Of a stretch of DNA of 64,000 bases, positions 53,861 through 64,000 are shown in pieces (the first letter of the stretch is position 1; each line of letters starts with the position of its first letter). The position numbers were made by a program, and so were the translations under genes. The stretch lies in NCBI RefSeq assembly GCF_009914755.1, contig NC_060934.1. One strand, given 5' to 3'. The notes under the pieces are model-generated. The model was not told the origin of the DNA. It saw only the letters and a list, made by a program, of their open reading frames with translations, and made no database searches. Source of the stretch: the human T2T-CHM13v2.0 reference genome, Homo sapiens.

Positions 53861-54964
53861 GAAAGACAGCTCAGGACAGCTGCAGGAACCCCCCTCCAGG
53901 GTTTCAGGGTACAGCAGGGTCCTGTCACTGCTTCTGAGGATACTTGCCAGGACATGGGAGGATAACCCGAGAGAATGGGCCAGAACTCACTCAGGACTGA
54001 AAACCGGGGCTGTGCCATCCCGACAGACAAGAACATCCTGTAATTCATGGGGCCCTGGGCAAAGTCGTGAGCAGCCTTGCTTCTGTTTTGCTGCATGATC
54101 AGCCTAGACTAATATCACATGCTCTGGTTGTGCCTAAAATTCTTTAAAGCAAGATTCAAAGGAATCACACTCTTGCCAAGTAGCTTAACTGTGTCCTAGC
54201 AAAAAGCACAATCACATTTCCAATAAAACAGTAACCTCCAGCCCCCAACAAGAGAAAAATTCACAATGCCTGGCAGCTGATTACAGACAACCAGACACAG
54301 CAGAAAAGCAGACAAACAGGCTCACATTTAGAAAAATTATCAATTAATCAACATTGAACTAGATCAGACACGTAAGTTAAAATTAGCAGTCATTGATGCA
54401 ATTATTATGATTGAATTTAATATATTGAAAAGTTGAATAAAGACCTGGAAGACAGGAATAAAATAACTCAAATCGAAGAAAAATTAAGTCAAAGGGATAA
54501 AATATTTCATTTTAAAACCTAAATTTATAAAATTTATAGAAAACATAGAAAAATACCTTTTTAATCATGGGTTAATTAAAGATTTCTTAATATAACACGA
54601 AAGGCATGATTCATTAAATTAAAAAATCATAAATTAGACTTCATCTATATTGAGAACTGTTATTTGAAAGATGTTGTAAGAAGAACAACAAAAATACCAC
54701 CTGAAATTATCTTTGCAAGATGTGTATCTGATAAAGGACTTGTATCCAAGATATATAAAGATCTATAAAAACTCTCCAAGTTCAAAAACAAGGAAACAAA
54801 ACAGTTAATACAACTAATAAGTTTGAAAAAGTTTTAAAGATAAACTTAATCAGATATGAGATGACAAATATGCATGAATATTTAAAATAAGCTCAAATTC
54901 ATTAGCTATTCGGGAAAACCCAAGTGAAAGCCAGCATAGTATCTTCTAAGATAGCTACCTTTAC

Positions 54965-55260
<296 letters not shown>

Positions 55261-57100
55261 CTACCTTTTACAAGGGCTGACAGCACAAATGGCTGCGTGA
55301 AGGTGGAGCAAGTGGCTCTCTTACACATTACTGCTGGGAATGCATTATTGCACAACTGCTTTGCAAAGCAATTTGGCAATTTCTTTAAAATTAAAATATA
55401 TACTTACTATATGTCCTTACAAAGGACATGGATGTCTATAAGAGCTTTATTTGCAACAGTAGAAAACTGAAAATAACAAAAACTGCCATGAAGAGGTGAA
55501 GGGAATAAACAACATTTGGTATATCCTTATAAGGGAATATTATTTAGCAATTAAAAGGAATAAGGATGCCTGCAGAAACATGGATTACTCTTAAAAGAAG
55601 TATGTGGAGTAAAAAAGTTAGAAAAAAGCAGTGTGTACTTTATGCTCTCATTTATAAAGATTTCTTGAAAGTGTAAACTGAGCTGCCGGGACGGGCAGTA
55701 GATCAGCGTGTGCTGAGGGTGGCTCACTGGCAGTGGTAGGAGGAAGGGACCTCACAGCCACACAAGGGAACATGCGGATGTTTTTCTCCCTTTCCTGGTT
55801 GAGGCGACTGTGCCAGGAATGAATACACAAATCACAGCTCACCAAATTGCGCCCCTTAAATAAATGCACCTTATTATATGCAAATGTACCTCAATACAAA
55901 TGAATTATGTAAATTTGTGGATTACAGGCATAGATTTTTATTTCCTGAAATGCTGTCAATGAGGATCGTTGGGCTTTGATTTTCTTATCTGCTAATGACA
56001 GTATTAGAGATAGGTGTTTAAAAAGCCCTCCAAAAACATGCTGATTTTGAGGCATTTTGTCCTTTTTTTTCCCTAGAACCATTTTGATGGCCTTTGATTC
56101 ACAATAAGGGGTTGTTATCTTTAAATTGTGAAATAGAGACTTAGTTCATACTGTAATCATTCCCTAGCCCCTACAATGCCCCAAATCCGTTGAACTCTTT
56201 TTCCCCCAAAGAAGCTTCACCAAATTTAGCACATATATATCCAAAGGAGGCTGATAAAATGGAAAATCACATTCTTACGTTACCCATTTGAAAAACCATC
56301 TTTAAATAATAATGCTCAATCTGCCACTTGACAAATCAGTGCAAGGGAGGGCTGATAATATTTCTAGATGACAGTTCAGTTTTTTTTTTTAGAAAAAAAT
56401 CTCTAAATTGCCCTTTAATCAGAATAATACTCAGGGAGACTGAGTATCCAGGCAACCGTGCTGAGACTGCTGAAACTGATAAGAAGGCTTCCTCGGAACC
56501 TGGTGAGAAAAATCCATCAATTCTCCCTTTTGTAATAAAAGTGTGTTACATTTGATAGCATGTATTTTGGGGGGTGGATATAAATGTTGGAAATTGTCTT
56601 TTAAACATCATATAACCATTCAGTGTGCTGAGACGTGGCACAGACATCTCCATGTGCAAATGTACTTTGCAGCTCATATGACCCCCTTTATAACACGAAT
56701 CACTGTCAAGGGAATGCCTGACTGTACAAAAACTGCCCACAATTGAGCATCTATCACTGAAGATCTCTCAGTAGGGCTCCTCTCTAGGTTATGCCAGATC
56801 ACTGGTGGTAATGTAGAGGACCACAGAGGTGTGGGCAGAGCTTATGTCCCAAAATACAGGAAACGATGGGGCTGGGGAGCTGGTGGTGAAGGACATATCG
56901 TCTGTCTGTTGTGAATGGATGAACTTCAGCCCTATCCCTTAATAGCAAAATTTCCTAACAAAAGCAAAATTATCTGTGTTGCACAAAAAAAAAAAAAAAA
57001 AAAAAAATCTAGGACAAAGGGAATTATTGATAGATGATGAGGCAAGGTGCCTCAAAGCTGTTCTATGGTATTAGCCAACTCTTCCCTCTGGCAAAGCTAA

Positions 57101-57526
<426 letters not shown>

Positions 57527-57625
57527 TTCTTTTTTTTTTTAGGATAAATATATATCGTCTTAAGAGTCAGTGTGAAGACTCAATGGGACAAACCCATAGT
57601 ACCTCCTTCATCTGCATTTTATTAG

Positions 57626-57961
<336 letters not shown>

Positions 57962-59118
57962 TGACAAAACGTTTTGACTTGGACAAAATGTTAATTTAGT
58001 TTTGAAAAAAAGTATTTATCTCCTATAGAGGAACAAACCCTGCACTTCCGCAAGGAAGAAACCAGCATTTCCTCCTAGCATAGGAGGAAAAATAAAAATT
58101 GAAGTCTAAATGTGTAAACTTCAGTAAGGATATTAAAATGCCTCAGTGTCAGCTTCTAGCAGATGGGGATGTTCAATCAGATTGACAAATGCCATAGATA
58201 GTTGTGAGTATAACGGGCATCAAAAATATTTCAAAGAATTAAATGATATCTTCTAGTATAACATAATCAAAGTATCATGATTATCAATAGTAATTTCTTC
58301 TGCCTTTTTGTTTTTCTTGGATAAATGTTGATATTCAAATGAGAAAACAATTATCGTTTGTCTTACTATTGTAATTGTATCTTAATTTTTTTCAGAACTT
58401 TTAATTTTCATAACTTTTATTGAATTTTGAATTTACTTAACTAAATTGGACAAAATTATAAAAATTAAAGTGCTTTACCTTTGAACTTCCTCTTGGACTG
58501 TTCTCTGCTTTACAATACTTACCCCCATTTAGGTATTCATTTATTAAATAATTAAGTTCTACTCTGCACTATGCTAGTTGCAAGAAACTCAGATTTGGTT
58601 CAGGCGTTACATCATTTACAGTCTAATGGAAAACACAGCTATTGTGCAATAATAATAAGCATAAAAGCAAATAATTGAGTGATAATTAGGATTAATGCAG
58701 TGTTATCAGAACACATAATAAGCAGATTTAATCTAGTCTGAGGCTGCTGAAGGACAATTAGGAAAATAGCTTTGGCAAAAATGACAGTAAGGACTTTGGT
58801 CTCACCTCTAGGGGTATTAGGAAACTATTGAAGGGCTTTAGGCAGATTCTCTTTGGGCAGATTACTCTTATTCATGCAATATTATATTTTCTTCATGAAT
58901 AAGTGTACTTTGACTGTTTTGTGTGACAGAAAGGTGCATATGTGATTTCAGGTGAATTTAAAAATTGATGTGCTTGAGTGTCAGCTTAGAATGAGTTAAA
59001 ACAGAGAATGAAGTAAATAGATGTAAAGGAATATAATGTAAATGCAACTTGCTGATATACTGAATACAGAAGTTGAAATTTTCAACTGGAAGATGACAAC
59101 CTAAGCCATAAATATATA

Positions 59119-59163
59119 TGACACAGTTTGATTCTGTGTCCCCACCGAAATCCCATGTTGAAT
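59119..59163 (+). mobile_element. MST/THE1-type LTR 5' stub
   Basis: TGACACAGTTTGATTCTGTGTCCCCACCGAAATCCCATGTTGAAT, ending abruptly in AT-rich DNA. Confidence 0.6.
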
Positions 59164-59350
59164 ATGCTATATATATGCTATATATACTTGTAGTATACCT
59201 ATATATGCTATAATATGCTATATATACTTGTAGTATACTTATATACTATGTTAATATATTAATATATAAGTACTAATATGCTTATATAAGTACTATATTA
59301 ATACATAAGCTTATTAGTACTTATATATTGATATAGTACTTATTACTATA
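59160..59350. repeat. AT-rich low-complexity tract with long inverted repeat
   Basis: Arms 59255-59285 and 59305-59335 are reverse complements with 2 mismatches. Confidence 0.85.
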
Positions 59351-59368
59351 TATGTATATCTGTATATT

Positions 59369-59531
59369 GTAATCAAAGGAGCTTAAATTTGAAGACTGCA
59401 GTTAATTTATTTTCCCTGCTGCATTATATTTCATTACATACACATACCAGAAAATGTCATCCATTCTTGAGTTGATAAAAATTGGGTAATTAAAAACACA
59501 CAACACAGTAGAAGCCTCGAACAGCAGTTTG
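59369..59531 (+). repeat. Direct repeat copy 1 (163 bp; copy 2 at 63716-63877)
   Basis: GTAATCAAAGGAGCTTAAATTTGAAG...AGCAGTTTG; 5 substitutions and 1 indel between copies. Confidence 0.95.
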
Positions 59532-59692
59532 TTTTGTTTGTATGTTTTTTTCCTTCAGAAGAGTGTAAGAATAATGATTTACTACTAGGTGGGTTCCATC
59601 CTGGACAATTTCCACTGCACTCTCAGTCCCGATGCATATGAGGTGTGACTGTGTAAACGAGGCCAACAGTCAGGTTTCAGGAGGGCCCAGGA

Positions 59693-60834
59693 TGGTTGGA
59701 AAGAGTGGTCATGCAGGTAGGATGGGGGGACTGTGGGACTGAATGGGGTGGTTGGAAAGAGTGGTCATGCAGGTAGGATGGGGGGACCGTGGGACTGAAT
59801 GGGGTGGTTGGGAAGAGTGGTCATGCAGGTAGGATGGGGGAACTGTGGGACTGAATGGGGTGGTTGGAAAGAGTGGTCATGCAGGTAGGATGGGGGAACC
59901 GTGGGACTGAATGGGGTGGTTGGAAAGAGTGGTCATGCAGGTAGGATGGGGGGACCGTGGGACTGAATGGGGTGGTTGGAAAGAGTGGTCATGCAGGTAG
60001 GATGGGGGGACCGTGGGACTGAATGGGGTGGTTGGAAAGAGTGGTCATGCAGGTAGGATGGGGGGACCGTGGGACTGAATGGGGTGGTTGGAAAGAGTGG
60101 TCATGCAGGTAGGATGGGGGGACCGTGAGATTGAATGGGGTGGTTGGAAAGAGTGGTCATGCAGGTAGGATGGAGGGACCGTGAGATTGAATGGGGTGGT
60201 TGGAAAGAGTGGTCATGCAGGTAGGATGGGGGAACTGTGGGACTGAATGGGGTGGTTGGGAAGAGTGGTCATGCAGGTAGGATGGGGGAACCGTGGGACT
60301 GAATGGGGTGGTTGGAAAGAGTGGTCATGCAGGTAGGATGGGGGAACTGTGGGACTGAATGGGGTGGTTGGGAAGAGTGGTCATGCAGGTAGGATGGGGG
60401 AACTGTGGGACTGAATGGGGTGGCTGGGAAGAGTGGTCACGCAGGTAGGATGGGGGGACCGTGAGATTGAATGGGGTGGTTGGAAAGAGTGGTCATGCAG
60501 GTAGGATGGGGGGACCATGGGACTGAATGGGGTGGTTGGAAAGAGTGGTCGTGCAGGTAGGATGGGGGGACCGTGAGATTGAATGGGGTGGTTGGAAAGA
60601 GTGGTCGTGCAGGTAGGATGGGGGGACCGTGAGATTGAATGGGGTGGTTGGAAAGAGTGGTCGTGCGGGTAGGATGGGGGGACCGTGAGATTGAATGGGG
60701 TGGTTGGAAAGAGTGGTCGTGCGGGTAGGATGAGGGGACCGTGGGATTGCATGGGGTGGTTGGAAAGACTGGTCGTGCAGGTAGGATGGGGGGACCGTGA
60801 GATTGAATGGCGTGGTTGGAAAGAGTGGTCATGC
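59693..60834 (+). repeat. G-rich VNTR, 56-bp unit, ~20.4 copies
   Basis: Unit TGGTTGGAAAGAGTGGTCATGCAGGTAGGATGGGGGGACCGTGGGACTGAATGGGG; period 56 read from AAGAGTGGTC at 59701 and 59757. Confidence 0.98.
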
Positions 60835-61028
60835 TTGAAGATTAGAGTGGTTACTGTATGTACCATGGACAGCACCCACTTCGAAAAGATCAGCCTGTAA
60901 TTTAGGAAGATTTACCGTGCTGAGATCAAATTTGTTTTGGCATAATACATTTATGTTGCAGCCACACCGGCTTTTGCGTGTTAATCTCTGAGGTTCACGG
61001 AAAGATTAAACCTTCCCACAGGATGTAA

Positions 61029-61342
<314 letters not shown>

Positions 61343-61869
61343 GCAAGTGTCTTTATAACAGTATACAAACACACATATATTGTCTTACATCTTCGTTTAC
61401 AACCACGGATCTCTGTTAGCTAATTTTTATTTATTTTTCTGTCCAAGTAGCACGAGTGTGTTATTTAGAAATATGGGCACAAAAAACGATAGAAACTACC
61501 CAGAAGTTAAAGTACTTTCCTTAATTTCTAATGTGAGGGGGCAGGAGAAAGGGGTGTGTGGATGAGTGGAAAAGACCATGACTCTGTAATCATGTGACTT
61601 CAGCTATACTTTAAAATCTGTCTCTGCATACAGTGTAGATAAAAATCAATAAACAAAATGTAGTAAAGTAACAGCAAGCAAGAGAGAAACAGAGAATTAT
61701 GCTCTGTTTATAAAGTGTATGAAATGAGTAATTTTGGGCACATGGAAGACAGGTCATATGTGGGCTCAGAAACAGCTGCTGGTGACATAAATATAAACCT
61801 GTCAGTTGGTTCCTGACCTTAAGGAAATTAACATTTAAGAAAACTGAAGAAAACATTTCTGCTTTCATC

Positions 61870-62790
61870 TATATTATCATAGCTTGTATTATTCACTCAT
61901 TAAAGTCAACGAAAAATAGCTGAATAAACTGCACAAGAGCTCAAACTGCTTGAAGTCATTGGAAAGCAATCAATACACATAGGAATTGAGGAGAAACAAC
62001 CCTGAAGAAAAGGAAATTACAAAGCACTGAGCCTGAAATTCTGCCTGGAATTTCCTCTCTGAGCACTTGTTAAATTCTAAACTGATAAGGGGTGAGAAGC
62101 CTAGAAATCAAAAGAAAATAGCTTCTAAGAGGCTCAACCCCAAGCAGAGCTGAACAGACAAACACTCTGGTACGTATCACAGGTTTCCAAGAGAAAAATC
62201 TTAAAGAGCCCCACTTCAAGAGTAGACAGTGACATTAAAAATGAAGCAGCTATCACAAAGTCACTTCAGTCTCTGCTTGCATCAAAGCGAGCTTTTGTCA
62301 TTGTAACTATGGGCCAGAATAAAATAAAGTCTGATGTGGAAAAAGAAAACAAGACAGATCATTTACTATTTTTAATGCCTAATGTGCCATCTTCAATAAA
62401 AACCACTTAATGTCTAAGAAGCAGACCGGTAGGTAAACCAGATACTATCAGTCTCAAATTCTAAACTAGGATCAATATGTTTAATAAATTAGAAAATAAG
62501 ATAAAAATTTCACCAGAGGAATAGAACCTATAAGATAGAAAGTATAGATACATAATTAACTATTATTAAATGTATTAATCTAGTAGAAGTGCTTGCTAAG
62601 ACATTAGAAATAGTAGAAGAGAGTACTAATAAACCGGAATATAGATCAGGAGAAAGTATTTAGAACAAATCATAAAATGAAGAAATAATGAAGAAAACAG
62701 ATAAAAGTTTAAAAGATATATCTAGCCCTTGGTGAAAAGGTCTAAATACATGTAATTTTTTTTCTCAAAATGATAAGGAAGACAAGGGCA
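61870..62790 (+). mobile_element. Decayed L1M 5'/ORF1-like region
   Basis: A-rich; GCAGAAGAGAG-like and AAAAGGTCTAAATACATGTAAT ORF1-like remnants. Confidence 0.45.
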
Positions 62791-62947
62791 GAAAGAGGGG
62801 CTGGGGGAGATCTCTCTCTCTCTATATATATAGATATCTATATAATCTCTATATAGCAAAATTTGAATATATATTTCTCTCTATGTATAGATCTATTTCT
62901 CTATATCTATATAGAGATATAGATAGATAATTGATAGATCTATTAGA

Positions 62948-63390
62948 TTTTTTTGTGTGTTTAAATTTTTTACTCTCCACATATAAAACAATTCTTCAGC
63001 TAAAACAGGAATAATGAGACAAGAGGATTGTGAAAAGTACAACAGAAAAATATTGTTCACTGGTTTATTCTTCCAAATGAGCAACAGGTTATTTACCAAT
63101 AAGTAGATCTCCAACGATGTGTATTAAAATGGCAAGTCTATCACTGCTTGAAATCTAAATGAAAAAAATGTTTTAAGGCACATTTGATCTGAGGATTTAA
63201 AACAAACTAACTTCCTGGCATAATGACAGATTTATTTTACTTTTGTCCCCAAAACACATGAACACTAAAATTGTCAAGGAACACTTAATATTTAGTAAAA
63301 CAGTAAGGAATATAAAAATTAGGGAGGGGAAAAATCATTTTCAGAAGGAAATCTTTGGAGGTCGGCTTACTGCAATTAAAACATACTAAA
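62948..63390 (-). pseudogene. Probable processed-mRNA 3'UTR fragment, parent gene not identified
   Basis: Minus strand ends ...GAGAGTAAAAAATTTAAACACAC-A7 with AGTAAA ~15 nt before the A-run; upstream AATAAA; U-rich non-TE composition. Confidence 0.5.
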
Positions 63391-63564
63391 CACACTCCTG
63401 ATACACAAATAATAATAACTAATAGGTACTCAAGTAATGGCAAAGCTCTGAACAATGGATATTAAATATATCAAAGATACAAAGGATAAAACAAAATAGT
63501 CATAAAAGAATAAAAACCATCTCCACCCACATAACACAGACAAGAAGAAGGGAACAAAACCAAA

Positions 63565-63610
63565 TCTATCTATCTATCTATCTGTCTATCTATCTATCTA
63601 TCTATCTATA
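63565..63610 (+). repeat. (TCTA)n microsatellite
   Basis: Visible tetranucleotide run. Confidence 0.93.
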
Positions 63611-63690
63611 TTAGGTTGGTGCAAAAGTAATTGTGGTTTCTGCCATTTGAAAGCAATTGCAAAACCTGCAATTACTTTTACACAAACCAC
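63611..63690. mobile_element. MADE1 MITE (miR-548-type hairpin source family)
   Basis: TTAGGTTGGTGCAAAAGTAATTGTGGTTT...CTGCAATTACTTTTACACAAACC after a TA. Confidence 0.92.
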
Positions 63691-63715
63691 ATACATATGT
63701 ATATATATGTATATA

Positions 63716-63877
63716 GTAATCAAAGGAGCTTAAATTTGAAGCTGCAGTTAATTTATTTTCCTTGCTGCATTATATTTCATTACATACACATACCAGAAAA
63801 TGTCATCCATTCTGGAGTTGATAAAAATTGGGTAATTAAAAACACCCAACACAGTAGAAGCCTCAAATAGCAGTTTG
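63716..63877 (+). repeat. Direct repeat copy 2 (of 59369-59531)
   Basis: See copy 1. Confidence 0.95.
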
Positions 63878-64000
63878 GTCTCCACCCCTGACTTCCCTCG
63901 GCTATAGAAGGCCCAACCCCAGTTTCAGCCCTACTCCACTCCAGCACTATAGTTGTGGCAGAAGTTTTCCTACTCATCCTCTTCCACTCCTTGATAGAAA

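Noticed and set aside
59693-60875. VNTR as a CRISPR array or coding ORFs (164 aa, 131 aa)
   Set aside because: Head-to-tail units with no unique spacers; the ORFs are repeat artefacts.

Overview
This is primate (hominid, most likely human) nuclear DNA, judged from young AluY copies, L1PA 3' ends, MADE1 MITEs and ERV1/ERVL/MaLR solo LTRs. It looks intergenic or deep-intronic. I see no intact protein-coding gene, no prokaryotic features and no CRISPR array, and the long ORFs in the track come from simple repeats, Alus or decayed L1. Repeat family names are from my recognition of consensus-like sequence, not a RepeatMasker run, so subfamily calls and old-element boundaries are approximate. I found no demonstrably new biological system. 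The best leads are: (1) a chimeric retrocopy flanked by a perfect 17-bp target-site duplication (TSD), made of a 5'-truncated U6 snRNA fused to ~210 bp of unrecognised sequence (27364-27688); (2) an LTR10C-like solo LTR with p53 half-sites, CCAAT/TATA boxes and a strong splice donor, followed by several canonical + strand exon candidates, which could form an LTR-driven lncRNA; (3) a 174-nt minus-strand exon-like segment whose peptide resembles a decayed trypsin-family protease N-terminus; (4) a ~96%-identical 163-bp local duplication next to an AT-rich palindrome, bracketing a G-rich 56-bp VNTR and a probable processed 3'UTR fragment; (5) an Alu-split MADE1 whose two arms share the same non-consensus substitutions.
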